NCBI RefSeq assembly: GCF_004010195.1
Contig: NC_057721.1
Location: 24,697,821-24,761,820, forward strand
Reading direction: 5' to 3'
DNA length: 64,000 bases
From: Chiloscyllium plagiosum
Lineage: Eukaryota
Shown here: positions 26,048 through 39,330 of the stretch, piece after piece
Position numbering within the stretch: position 1 is the stretch's first letter
Layout of the letters: each line of letters begins with the position of its first letter
Made by a program: the position numbers and the translations under genes
Notes under the pieces: generated by a model
The model's input: the letters and a program-made list of their open reading frames with translations, nothing else
What the model was told of the DNA's origin: nothing
The model's database searches: none

Positions 26048-28379
26048 GGCTGATCACCTGATAATTATGCCTGGCCTCTCAGAGAGAAACAATTTGCTAC
26101 TCCGATTGACCCTCTAACTGGTTTGCAGCACATTCTATCACATTTAGCTCCGCTCAAAATAATTTGACAATTATTGAAATTCCTCCTTATCCTTATTTAA
26201 CTTTATTCTGGTAACTCCTGTGCTCAATTTCATTGACAATGATTCCCTTCCAACAAAACATCCACACCCCCAGCTGTCCCACTATTGAATTTATTGACTC
26301 TTCTTAAAATCCCCTGCTTCGACAAAGGTCACCCCCAACAGACACATCTGTGACTCATCAAGTGTCTTTTGATTTTACTTCTGTGAAGGGCTTTCAATGT
26401 ATTTCTGTCTTAATGGCATCACAAACGGACATTCTTAATGTCATTTCTATTCTTTAAGTACAGATTTTTATTTTGTAGTCCTAACACCTAATGAATAAAT
26501 AATTACTTAAAAGCATTTCTGTTGTATCAGATCATTACAGGAAAAAAATTTGAAATTCATCTGTAACAATGTTGCATTTCTGTGACAAATGCCATTCTTA
26601 GAAAAGTTTGGTCACAGATAATGTTTTACTCAGTGCTTCTGCATTAGGGTAATTGAAAATGTGGTGACAGTTTCAAATTCATGAGAAACCAGCACAGTGT
26701 GTGAAATCCTGTGTACTGTATTCTGGCATAGTGTAACTAGTGGGTTTCCTGTGAATGCCTTTAGGCAATCTAACATTTGAAGTAAGACTCAAGAGAGAGA
26801 ACAAACATTGCAATCTATCCAAGGTGACCTTACTCTGGTTTTATATACAGCATCAGTAACCTACTGTCAAATAGTCTACGGTTTCTGTACTGTTATTTTT
26901 CAATACAATGGATGGAAAGTTATGTTTCAGTAACATAGCTGGAAAATGAAAAGAAAGTCTGTCAGAGAAAAAAGGCACCATTTAGAAAATACTAATCAGA
27001 ATGATTACCTTCAAAAATCCTCTTTTATTTAGGCAAATTTGAGGAGTCCCTAGGGTTCCAGTCTATCTTAGATTTTCAGTCATTTGGTTTTGTGTGCATT
27101 TCCTTTCCTTCCTGATGACTGATGCAGAGGTGATTGGCTAATATTAATATGCATCTATTGTTGCATCTATTTTTTTTCTAATAAAGAGCAAAATAGAAGC
27201 ACCATACAATCTGAAAATCAAACCAGTCTAAATGCAATGCAGGTTTCGCACTCTCCCAGAAGGCACAGCTTAAGAAAGAAGATGCATTTATTCGTGCAGA
27301 CCTGATTATGTTTTCTCAACCAGATGTTTTTACTAAAGCTGGGAAAGTAGGGTACTATTTAATTATTAATTTCCATGATTTCCAAACATAATTGTAGTAT
27401 TGCCTTGATTACCACTACTGCACAAGGTGAGATATCCGCTGTCTCTATCAGTAAGAGATTTAACAGTAAGGGCTGTTTGAGGGAGTTACCTGCAATCATT
27501 CTCCTTTACCTGTACTTTGTCAAGGGCCTGTGTAATGATGTGTGGTAGGGGATACACCACTTTAAAGTCTTTACTGGAGACATTGTCCTTCATTCACAAG
27601 ATAGTCTATTGCATAAAAGTGATAAATACAATTATAGAACTAGGCAGGCATAATTACTAGAACTGTTGGAACTGTATAGAATGCAAGTGTTCCCTATGAA
27701 AGCTAGCGTGGAACTTCTCTTCTCCACCTTTAGATTAAGTGACATCATCAGATTGTGTAGAACTGAACGTGACATGAACATTAGCTCCTTCAGAAACATG
27801 ACCTTCTTAATGATTATGTCAACATGAGCCTTTTATAATTCACTGGTTTTAATGTCAGATTATCAAACAGTTTTGGTGTTTGACTAGGTTGTTAGTGGCT
27901 ATCCTCTGAGCCTTGTCTAAGGTTACAATATCACCCACTATGTGAAGGAACCAAACTCAATCCAATAGCCAAGAAGTCTCGTTCATCTCTCTTGGAAAAC
28001 AGGCATTGTGTTTGGATTTACATCACTGCAGCACTGGTACTCAACCTTGAAAGACTAATGTAGTTTAGTAACTGGATCTTTCTTGATGTTTTAGAGTTTT
28101 TGACCCTGGCATTAACTGGCTAGTCCTAAGCCTACTCATTCACTTGCCATATCTCTATGAAATGCACATTTTGGAAAATTATCCTATTTACCTTGGGAGC
28201 CAGCTGCAGTCTATTTTTTAATAGCTAAGTTTCTAATATCTGCATAAATCTTCATATCATTTGCAAAATTGAAAACCATCTACATCTTCATCCAGACCAT
28301 TAATTAAAATGGTAAAAAGCGATAGCCCTAACTCTGATCTTTGTCAGACTCTACAAGTAACCAGTTCCCATATTAAAAC

Positions 28380-28876
28380 CATTAACAATCTTGTTAAATG
28401 TGGAAAACTCTTCAATGAGCAAGACACCAAAATTAATCATCAAAAAAAAAAGCTTGTGTTCATATGACACCATGCGATCATGGAAGCCAATAACTCTAGA
28501 TTTAGCAACTAATCTGGTTGAATCAATTTCCGTGAATTCAGTGTCACAATAGAAAGATAGAAGCACCGCCTTGCACATGTGTTTACTTTCTTGCCATTTT
28601 CTTTCATGAACGGCCCGGTAAAGTGACGGGAATAAAGCACTTCCTTTTGCAGAGGGCTGTGTAACTAACCCCTTACTCTTTAAAAAAAGTCCAGTCGCTG
28701 TTGCTTGACGTGCTTGTGCTTCTTTGTTTTTGCCAGCATTTTCACATGTTCTTCAGTACAGGTAAATCAAATTCACTTATTTCTTTGGTGTAGTGTTTTT
28801 ATGGGACCTTGAGATCTTACTTGGATAATGCAAAATTCAGATAATTGACATTCGGATAATCAAGGTTCCTCTGTAT
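28380..28876 (-). mobile_element. Tc1/mariner (pogo/Tigger-like) DNA transposon fragment
   Basis: Terminus 'cggataatcaaggttcctctgta' reads as TA plus CAGAGGAACCTTGATTATCCG on the minus strand, with repeated GATAAT subterminal motifs and CpG-richer internal sequence. Left boundary uncertain. Confidence 0.55.
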
Positions 28877-29324
28877 GTGCTGCCTTTGTGATATCATTCA
28901 AAAGTATGGTTTGGTTTTTACACGTACCCTCTGACACCAAACTAATCTCACAGCACCACCTCTCTCTACTCCTCCACTGTTGCTAAATTGTCAGATTGCT
29001 TCTCTTTGATTCAGTACTGAGTGAGGAAAAGTTTCCACAAACTACATTCCCTGTTTATTGACCCAATACCACTTCCTTGTAATTATCTGAGATTAAGTGA
29101 GACTGTTCACAACTTGTGTTATATTTGACCCTGAGATGAGCTTCTGACTGCACATTCACACCATTACTCACACCATCTACTATCATCTCTGTAATATTGC
29201 CCAACCTAGCCTGGTCTCCAGTCACCTGCAGCTGAAACCTTCATTCATGCTTTTGATACCTCTAGATTTGACCATTTCATTACACTACTGACTTGTTTCC
29301 TCTTCCACTCTATATTCCTGATGT

Positions 29325-29490
29325 AAGGGTGCCAGTGTTGGACTGAGGTGGACAAGGTCAGAAGTCACATGACACCAGGTTATAGTCCAACAGGTTTATT
29401 TGAAATCACAAGCTTTCAGAGCATTGCTCGTTCGTCAGGTGATCACTTACACCTGAAGTAAATAAGCTTGTGATGTCATGTGACTTCTGA
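29325..29490 (-). mobile_element. Penelope-derived fragment (same family as 2257) inserted in L2
   Basis: Shares 'acaccaggttatagtccaacaggttt' with 2257-2402 and has a partial inverted arm. Confidence 0.7.
29405..29442 (-). ncRNA. Hammerhead ribozyme core (minimal type I, Penelope-associated)
   Basis: Minus strand reads CACCTGACGA-AC-GAGC-AAT-GCTC-T-GAAAGCTTGTG: CUGANGA box, stem II, GAAA box and palindromic AAGCTT. Confidence 0.5.
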
Positions 29491-31473
29491 TTCAATGTTC
29501 TGTATATTTGAGATCACACAGAACTCTGCTGTCGACACCTTAACTTGAATCCACTTCCATTCGCCTATTACTCTTGTGTGCTCGTACCTATGTCGGCTCC
29601 CACTTAGGCAATGTTTTGTTTTTAAATTACTCATCCTTATTTTCAAATGCCTCTCTGCCCTCTCCCCTCCACATTTCTGTAGCCTCTTCCAGCCCCACAA
29701 CCCTCTGAGCTATCTGCACACTCCGTTAATTTTGGGCTAAGTGCAAAGTGATCCTGTAAAAAGTCTTGGGAGATAATGAAGCTGCTCGATGTGTATGTTG
29801 GTTGCAGTTGATGGTTTGGTCTGAAAGATTAGCTGTTTCAGAATCTGTGGTAGGACTGGGTCTGGGGAAGAGCTTCTGTTCTGGTTTCAGCTGAGTTTCT
29901 GCTAATGACCCTGCCCCTTTATACACTATTGACCTTACTTTGGGTACGTGTATCTCTACCCCTTCTGGATTTAATGTGCCAGAATTACATAATTAGAACC
30001 ACCCAGAGTTTTGGTCACTTTCTTTTTCAAAAACTCAGATTTTATTGCCCTATTGAATTTGTTTGACAAGGCAGTGATTGTATTGCATGACATGATTGAA
30101 ATTAATGGGATTCATTGCTTAATAGTTTTCAATCATTGTTATTTTTGAGCTTGTAGGTGAAACATTTTTCTGAGGTGAATCTGTAATGTACTAATTCTCT
30201 GTCCTGAGTTTGTATTCTGCATTTGTATAAGCTGGTTTGTAGGTTAGTTATTCATTGTAATAAGAAAATTGAATGAGCTCAATTTGGGGAAAAGAAGCTA
30301 ATGAATGCCAACCCAAGCAGTTGATTTCCAGAAAGCAAATGCACTTTCCTTGCAGTTGAAACAGCACAGTCGGCAAGTTTGTGTTTTAAATTTCTTCCAT
30401 GACTGCAGGCTTGCCATAAATAGTATATGCAAAATTCTCTGAGCCACCAATCATTTTTAGAAGATTGCCAAAGGGCCACACGTAAAGTGTCATAGTTTCC
30501 ACTTCAGTACAGCACACTCTCTGAATAGAGAGAAGTGAATGGTCCATATTATAATTCAATACTAGTCAATCACTAGTTGACTTGCTTGTGTGTAATCTGT
30601 GACCCAGAACATGATTCTGATATTTAGATGCTGACTAGGCCTCTAACTTTCAGACCACTTACCTAAACAAGTAACTGTTGCTTCTTTTATTGTGTTGAGG
30701 TCAGTGAGTCAGGTAAGTGTAACTGAAAATGCTGGACCCTTTTATCATTTTCAAATTTAGGTTGTATCTCTGACAGATGGACAATAAATGTGAGTTGCTT
30801 AGAATATTATCATTTATTGCATTTCAATTTTGTGTTTGGGTTAAGTAAATAATAACACATTTGCAAAATACAAAAAAAGTTGTGAATAACCCCCTGCATG
30901 ATTTCTGTACTTCATATTTGTGGTAACATTGCTTATCAATTAGCCTTACCAGGCATTGTGTTACCATTTCACAATGAGACGAAATATTTCATCACATGAA
31001 ATTGAATTATGTATTCATGTTATGATATATCTGCTGTTTAAGACAAATCACTTACTCACCTCTGGTATTATTTCCCACCAGTGAGAGAGCCAACAAACAC
31101 ATTCTAAAATCTTGCCATCCATTCTTAATATATTTTCAACAATGATTGTTAAATGCAGCACCCAACTGTCCAGACATTTCACATCTCTCCGATCTTTCTG
31201 ATCATCTTATCATGGTGCTGTAATCTGCTCCTGAATGTTCAATCAGTCTACAGCATTATGAAGATGGAGGGAATTAGATGCATTGATCTGACGTTTTCTC
31301 TGTCAGGGTGAATGGTGTCGATGGTCACACTGCTTCAGATGATGTAGCATTACCTATTAGCACTGAGAAAGAGTTTGAATTCCACTATGACCTAAACATT
31401 ATAGGTCCTCTGACATGACCCTCAGTGGCTCTGTGTCAATGTGATGGTTGTTTAGCGTGTTTCTTTAAAACAG

Positions 31474-32380
31474 TAGAGTCATAGAGATATATACCACAGA
31501 AACAACTTGTCCTTGCCACCAGATATACTAAATAAATCTAGTCCCATTTGCCAGCATTTGGCCCATATCCCTCTAAACCCTTCCTATTCATATACAGATC
31601 CAGATGCCTCTTAAATGTTCTAATTGTACCAGCCTCCATCACTTTCCCTGCCAGCTCATTCCAAACATGCACCTGCATGAAAAAGTTGTCTCTAAGATCC
31701 TCTTTAAATCTTGCCCCTCTCATCTTAAACCTTTGCCCTCTAGTTTTGGACTCCCCCACCTGTGGAAGAGACTTTGTCTATTTACCCTATCCATCCCCCT
31801 CATGATTTTATAAACCTCTATAAGGTCACCCCTCAGCCTCTGACATTCCAGGGAAAATAGCCCCAACCTCTCCCTACAGCTCAAATCCTCCAACTTTGGC
31901 AATATCCTTGTAAATCTTTTCTGAACCCTTTCAAGTTTCACAACATCCTTCTGATAGCGTGCCTAACCAATGTCCTGTACAGCAGCAACATGATCTCCCA
32001 ATTCCCATACTCAATGCACCAACCAATAAAGGCAAGCATACCAAAAGCCTTCTTCACTATCCTATCTACTTGCGACTCCGCTTGCAGGAAGCTATGAACC
32101 TGCACTCCAAGGTCTCTTTGTTCAGCAACACTCCCAAGGGCCTTATCATTTAAGTGTATAAGTCCTGCCCAAATTTTCCTTTCCAAAATGCAGCACCTCA
32201 CATTAAACTGCACCTGCCACACCTCAGCCCATTGGCCCATTTGATTAAGGTCCCGTTGTACTTTGAGATAACTTTTGCTGTCCAATTTCAGTTTCATCTG
32301 CACCACTTACTAACCATACCTCTTGTATTCATATCCAAATCATTTATAGAAATGACAAAATGCAGTGGACCGAGCACCTT
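31474..32380 (-). mobile_element. CR1/HER1 LINE 3' part
   Basis: ORF fragments KLERVQKRFTRILP, QRDLGVQVH..QVDRIVKKAFGMLAFI. Tail tagagtcatagag. Confidence 0.93.
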
Positions 32381-34213
32381 AAGCATCTAACTCTAGACTA
32401 ATCTCTTGTCTGCCTACATTTCCCTTTTCATTTGAAACTTCTCCGGCATCTTCCATGACATTGACTGTACAAAATATGTTCACCATGTCACATGAAGGAT
32501 CATCCACCAGGGATTGACTAACTTCATGTATTTTGAGCATTAACACATTCGAAGTTATGAAGCAGACATAGCAAACAAACTGACTCTATGCATGCTTGCA
32601 GACCCACTGCAAAGCCACACTATTGTATACAAACACCACATGGAATTCTGAAAGGTGCACTCATTTAGAAGCAAGGTACACATACAATAATCCAGGAGAG
32701 CTGAAGACTGGAGTATTGACAGAGCAAAAGTCTTCTTTTATATAAAAAAAAGAGCTTGAGACCCGACAGAGCATGCTGCTTTTTAATAATACATAAAATT
32801 CAGAATCCCAAATGTTTGCTGCTCACTTCATCAAGCTGATTAGTTAGCATCTTTCTCATAGAGGCTACATGTCTCATGCAGTGATGCCACTTTCCACCTC
32901 CATTGAAACAGGTACTATATCATGAGGCTTTTGTCTCTCCAAGTTCTATTTTCTGTTAACCTGCTTCCTTACCAATTGCTTAGATTCTGTTGGGGAGTAG
33001 CTCCTGCAAACAATTCACTCCTCGGATTTGTAGAGCCTGCCTACGTCTTCTTTTGTTAATTGTCTGGCACAGAAACTTAGGATTTTGAGGAGAATGGGAC
33101 CTTCTGGCAGGCAGACATCATAACTAATGACAGAACTCCTTCTGTCCAACCTTCAGCATTGCTGCAAAGCCCTTGACATTTTGAGACTCGAAAATCCAAT
33201 TCAAATTTGAACAATTTTAGATAAATAAAATCCATAGAATTTTTTTTGCCTCTCCACATAGACAAGCCTTGAAGCCTTGCAGAACGACTTCAAAGTTTGG
33301 GGGCTAGTTACCAGTAACCAAGCCTACAACTGGAGGCATCTCATCATAAAGTTCTGCCCCTGATTATACCACCAAATCAACTTCCATCACAAGACTGCCC
33401 CAGAGCACTGATGGAACTGAGAGTGTGATCAAATCAGGCCAACCCAAAGCACGTTAGTTGGGCACTTTCCTTTGTGTACCCTGTGTTTGAACAAGAGAAA
33501 AAAGAATCAAACCTCCAATATTGTTCTAAATAGAATTGAAGTAAACATTTGGACTGATACATTATGGGGAAAGTAGGAAAATATGCATCTTTATATTTTG
33601 TCATAATGTTGGCACTAGCAGTGAGGCAATGATTATTTCTCAATTCAGCTGCCACCTATCCATTGTTTTTTAAAAAGATCCACTCAACTGTGTCATCCAC
33701 CTCATTCTGCCAATTACAAGAAACAGCTTTTCTTTAAACTAAAACAAAACATTGTATGCACATTTGCAGAGTGCCATCTGTCATTCCACATATGATAGAT
33801 TCTGTGGTTCTTCATTGTTCACTTATACTACACTGTCAGTTCAGAACCATGAACTGGACTCCAAAAGCAAGCAACTCAGTTTAGCATCTTTCAGCCAAAA
33901 TTACATCCACATTGGCTGTGATGAGCAGCCAGTCTCTCTAAAACAGCTATCCATTCAGCTAACTGCCCTATTCTGTTTGCTTGCACAAAACCTCACAGGC
34001 ACTGCTTACTTTCAACTCGGTTTCAGCTTAAACCCTGATTAATAAAAATGTACACAGTTGTGTTGCCTACTGAACATTGTGCAAATAACAAAATAACAAA
34101 TGCAATTTAAAACCATTACACCTACATATTGTTTTGAAGTTGAAAGAATGTATGTTTAAGATAGAAAGTGTTTTCTGAATTTCTAAAGTAAATTTAAAGA
34201 AGAGCCCCCAAAC

Positions 34214-35005
34214 TGTTACAACGCAGAGGTTGAACACCTGTGTTAACTAAACCAAACACCCAGAAAAGTCACTTCACCTTGTAATCTGTTAGAAATTTGA
34301 GACATTAAATTTATTTGAAGAAAATTTAAATTCACTATTTTAAAAAAAAATTATTTTCCTAATAGAACACTAAATAAAAACTATTAACAAATCCAAGCCC
34401 CATATTTCTTAACCAATTACTATCTGACCCTAACTCTATCAAATGCTGCTCCAATAACACAATTCTAAACATTACATTAACTTAATCTCAAGTCCACACA
34501 GTCTCTGTCTTCTCTGCTGTTTTCAATCTTCTGTCTGCTGATCTCACTGAGTCGTTTTCTTACTTTTTACTGCTTATACAGGAAAAAGAACCTTTTGGTA
34601 GAGAGTGTTCTCTTATTTCTTTGAGAGCAAGCTGTTAGATGAGGAGTTAGCTCCTTGGCTCTACAACACTTGCTCTGCTGTTCCGTGGCAATTGTTCTGA
34701 CCAATTTTCAAAATGCCCTGGTTTTATACCTCCCAACATCTTACCTCATCATTGGTCCAATGTTGTCAATACAATAAGTTCAAACTCAGTTGTGTTTTAG
34801 GATCCCATTGGTTAAAAATAAATTGTTGTCAAAACAGCAACCAAAACTCAGATACCCATTTAACAGCCATTTGCTTCGTCTATCTACTTGGAACATCTCT
34901 TAGCTATTCTGTTCTGCACCTGTGGCTGTACTTTAAATTTACTTTAAAAGTTCAGAAAGCACTCCCTATCTTAAAGTGAACATACACTATTGTGACTTTG
35001 TAACA
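34214..35005 (-). mobile_element. Solo LTR (about 790 bp)
   Basis: Termini TGTTACA...TGTAACA form a perfect 7-bp inverted repeat, with flanks aaac/aaat. Minus-strand CCAAT boxes (ATTGG at about 34751 and 34807) lie upstream of a minus-strand TATAAAA (about 34722-34728). Confidence 0.6.
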
Positions 35006-37094
35006 AAATAGCATTATAATTTAAGATCATTTTGCATAATTCAAAAAACTATGCTAACAAAGGCAGCTACACCTAGTGAAATGTTTCAGTAGAAATTGCA
35101 CCTTGCTGAGCCCAATCCAGAGGTGTAAAATGAGTGCAAAGAGCTTTAAATTTATACACTACCTCTTCCACCTAGAGTGAACAAGATCAGTTTTCACTAG
35201 CTTTGGCAGCCACTTAAAACACTTCAATTTTTCATTCAGACTTGGGATGTGAGTGTTTGGCAAGACCAATATTGATTCCCAACCTAATTTTCTTTGAGAA
35301 GGTGTTGATCTGTCTATACAAGATAACAAGGGCAAACCATCTGATTTTGGACATCTCACCAAAAATAGATTTCACCAAGCATGGGTTGTTGACCAACAGT
35401 CATAACTTAGTTGATGGTCACCAGATCGCAACCCCAGGACTTTGAAGAGTTAATTTTGAAAACTTTAAAATATTTTACATGGCACTGTGGACCCAGCTGG
35501 TTCACCTCTTAAGTTTCACACCATTACTGATGGTCCTAAGCAGCTCCATGTGGCCAGTGTTATCAATCACATACGTATGGATTCAGATTGAGCTGAAGAA
35601 GGTTCAAATTAGCCCAAGTGTTGCCAGAGGGGTGGCTGGAATGTTTTGTGGCCAAGGGTCAAGCTACCTATGAAACCTTGACACGTACAGGCAGTTGGCC
35701 TGCATTATTTAAATGAGCACCAATTTTGAACCAACTGGATGCATCCAGTGAGGATTCACATTCCAAACACCTTTCCACTTCAGGCCCAAGAATGTGCCCT
35801 AATCTACTAAATTGTTCTTACTCTATTATCTGTTCAAAAATTCAGTTCAAATGCAATTTTTGATAACTATTATGTAAAATACAGATCTAGTGGTAGGAAA
35901 ACATAGAATGCAAGAACATATGTTTACTGTTCCTTTCCCACTTTCTTGAAGAAGGCTTTGTCTTAAAGAGATACCTCTATGTAGATGCTGGCAGTTCAGT
36001 GCTGATGGTAATACTTGTGGGGCTAAGGAAGTATCACAATTAAATTTGATGCTGCACTGATCGCACCTCCGCAGTACCACGCTTTCCCAAAGGCATGTTA
36101 CCCAGAAGTGAGATTTTTGGCACAATACAAATATTGATCCACATGATACAAACACTGAAGCAGCAGTTGGAGTTGGTTATGCACTTTTAAATAATGGTAA
36201 ATGTTAAAGGAAAGCATCAACGAAGTCTTTGCATTTGTTGGTTAGTTTAAAACTTCCCAAGACTGTGGTTTGATCGTTTTGCAAATGGGCAGAAAGAATC
36301 TACCTCAAAAAGAGAAAACAAAGTTTTGTGTATTACTTTTTTTCCCTACTTGTAAGTGGATCATTTTGTGATGAAGACAGGAATTGCTTGAGATTAGCAG
36401 TGAAGATGGTGAAGATTGAGGGGAGTGTTCTCATGCGGAAATACATGTGATGGTGGGATTTGCAATGCAACATTGCATTCTCATGTGATGAGGATATTTT
36501 TCCCCAAAGCTTTTTCAGTAAGGCTTACGGCATATATGGTAAATTTAATCAGTTCCAGCATTCAAAAGAGTACCGACATTCGCAATCTTGGATTTTATTG
36601 CTTTAATCATGGCTCTGCATTCTTCTTAATGCAATTTGAATGAGAATCATCCTCAAAGGTGCAGTTACTGGTACTTTTCCCAAAAAGTGCTTGCACACCT
36701 TTTTACAGTATGGAATAGCCAATATGATTGGGCATAATGCAGATTAAATTTATGCTGTAAAACATCCCTGCGTTAATTTTATGTTCATTGCTGTGATAGA
36801 ATTGGCAAGTTCTAAGTTACTTTTCATCTTGGCATTTCTAATAGTTCATCTTTGAAGTTCTTCCACCTGAATAATCTGTTCATGCTGTGCCAGTTCTGCA
36901 TGGAAGCTGGGAAGCTGGCAGTCCCGCCAAAGACAAATTTGCCTGTTTCAGTAGGACCTGAGAGCAACAAGGCACGTCAGTAAAATAATTGCACTTCCCA
37001 GCTACCAGGCTTGGGAAATGTAGCAGGTTCACATTGGTGTTGTCACCATCTGTACATGGTCCATATATTGGAATTCAGCTACATCAGCATGAAA

Positions 37095-37415
37095 AGAGAA
37101 ATAAATTGCATTTAAATAGTACACTATATGGCTTGAGGATGTCCCCAAAGTATCTGCACTCAACAAAGTACTTTTGGCATATTATCATTGTTAGTATGCA
37201 GGGAAATTGTAACAAACTAGTTCTTCAAGCAAGGATATTATACTGGAAAGAGAATCTCTTTTAGAGATGTTGATATCAGATCAATACTGACCAAGACAAC
37301 AAGATAATTCAGCTGTTCTTCTTCAAAACCAGGTATTGCGATCTTTTACCTGAGGGAGAAAACATTCTTTGATTTAATGTCTCACCTGAAAAACAGGATT
37401 TCCAACAGTACAATT
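37095..37415 (-). mobile_element. DeuSINE (SacSINE1/AmnSINE-like) remnant
   Basis: 'ttgcatttaaatagtacac...ggatgtccccaaag...gttcttcttcaaaa...gatcttttacctgag...tttaatgtctcacctgaaa' resembles the reverse complement of the Deu domain and tail (from recall). Confidence 0.55.
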
Positions 37416-37599
37416 CTTTCTTAACCATAAGGATGTGATTTTAATTTCACATATTTCTAAGAGGGGCCTAAGTAAGGCAAAACATTACATGTGTAGTGTG
37501 CAATGTATGTTTTAGTCAAAATAACAAGATTAATAATTCAACTTTATATTTTTAATCTAATCAGACTTCCCAAGATCGTTGAGTGAAGGGTTATGAAAC

Positions 37600-38748
37600 A
37601 TAATATGACACCAAGCTGCACAGGACTCTACTGAGGAAGATAAGGCCCATGGTGTTAGCGGCAAGGTGCTAGTATAGATAAAAGCTTGGCTGTCTGGCAA
37701 AAGGCAGAGATTGGGGATAAAAGGGTCCTTCTCAGGATGGCAGCTGGTGACAAGTGGTGTTCCACAAGGCTCAGTCTTGGGACTACAACTTTTCACTTTA
37801 AACATTAATGATGTAGATGAAGGAACTGAGAACGTTCTGGGTAAGTTTGCAGATGATACAAAGATAGGTAGCGACACAGGTAGCGTTGAGGAGGGGGAAA
37901 GTTGTAGAAGGATTTGGACAGGTTAGGAGAGTGGGCAAAGAAATGGCAGATGGAGTACAATGTTGGAAAGTGTGAGGTCATGACCCCTACTTTCTAAATG
38001 GCAAGAAAATTCAGAAGTCTGAAATGCAAAGAGACTTAGGAGTTCTAGTCCAGGATTCTCTCGAGGTAAACTTGCAGGTTGAGTTGGTAGTTAGGAAGGC
38101 AATTGCAATGATGGCATTCATTTTGAGCGGACTTTAATATAAAAGTAGGGGTGTACTTCTGAGGTTCTGTAAGGCTCTGGTCAGACCACATTTGGAGTAT
38201 TGTGCACAGTTATGACTCCCTCAGGGATATCTCAGGAAGGATGTGCTGGCCCTGGGGTGTGTTCAGAGAAGATTCACGAGAATGGTCCCAGGAATGAAAA
38301 CCTTAACATATGAGGAATGTTTGAGGACTCTGGGTCTATACTCGATGGAGTTTGGAAGGATGAGGGGGGGATCTAATTGAAACTTACAGAATACTGAATG
38401 GCCTGGACAGAGTACATGTTGAGAAGATGTTTCCATTGGTAGGAGAAACTAGGACCCAAGGGCATAGCTTCAGAGTAAAGCAAAAGCCTTTTAGAACAGA
38501 AATAAGGATAAACGTCTTCAGCCAGAGAGTGGTAAATCTATGGAATTCATCGCCACAGAAGGCTGTGGAGACCATGTCATTGAGTATATTTAAGACTGAG
38601 GTAGATAGGTTCTTAAATGTCAAGGGGATCAAGGGTTACAGCGAGCAAGTGGGACAATGGGTTTGAGAAAATTATCAGCCATTGAATGGTGGAGCAGACT
38701 CAATGGGTTGAATGGCCTGATTTCTGCTCCAGTGTCTTATGGTCTTAT
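37600..38748 (+). mobile_element. CR1 LINE (second subfamily) 3' part
   Basis: ORFs VTSGVPQGSVLGLQLFTLNIND...KFADDTKIG and FSQRVVNLWNSSP. Confidence 0.92.
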
Positions 38749-38749
38749 A

Positions 38750-39330
38750 AGAAGACATTTATTTGGATGGCCAAGACCTTGGTCAAAAACTTTTATTTCA
38801 AGAAGTGCTGCAAGGAAGGTGTAACGAGAGAATTCCAAAGTATAGTGCCTGGGCAACTGAAAGCAAAGCTCCCCAGAGGAGTGATTCAAAACAAGGATGT
38901 GCAAGAATCAGGATTAGAAATATGCCAATATACTTGGAGGATTGAAACACTGGGGGAAGACTACAGAGATAGTGAGGAGTGATGCCATGGAGGAATATAA
39001 AATCATGATGTCATTTGATTGGGAATCAGTGTCGGGTTGCTGAATGAACTGGCTTTGTTGTGTGTAACATCATGGGCAGTTTTGGATGAGCTCAGCTTTA
39101 CTAAGGATAGAATGAGGGTGACAAGCCAGGATGGAGTTAGAATCGCCAAGTGTAACAAGCCTAAGGGGTTCATCGACCTAATAATTACAAGATCAAGACC
39201 ATCCAATCACTTGCCTCTTTGTCAAGTTGCCACCTGCTTTCTTTCCACTAGCCCCCATGACCAAATGCGAGAGGCATGAAAGTGTGTTTCAGCGGCAGAT
39301 GAGCTGAAACAAGGCAAAGTCCGATAAAGT
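38750..39330 (-). mobile_element. L2-clade remnant interrupted by an inverted local copy
   Basis: 'gcagttttggatgagctcag...' and 'ggcatgaaagtgtgtttcagcggcagatgagctga' are the reverse complement of the L2 motif seen at 29200-29530. Confidence 0.55.

Larger units (their letters stand above)
28930..29725 (+). mobile_element. L2-clade LINE 3' remnant
   Basis: 'gctgaaaccttcattcatgcttttgatacctctagatttgac' encodes the L2 motif AETFIHAF..SRFD. Confidence 0.65.

Noticed and set aside
28737-28761. Apparent 25-nt micro-exon (tttgtttttgccag ... cag|gtaaat), or a short first exon MFFST
   Set aside because: It lies inside a Tigger-like transposon remnant, would frameshift, and its phase does not fit exon 56.
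30680-30718. Second CAG|GTAAGT motif as a recursive site
   Set aside because: Upstream AG dinucleotides intervene between the pyrimidine tract and the CAG. Much weaker than 26041.
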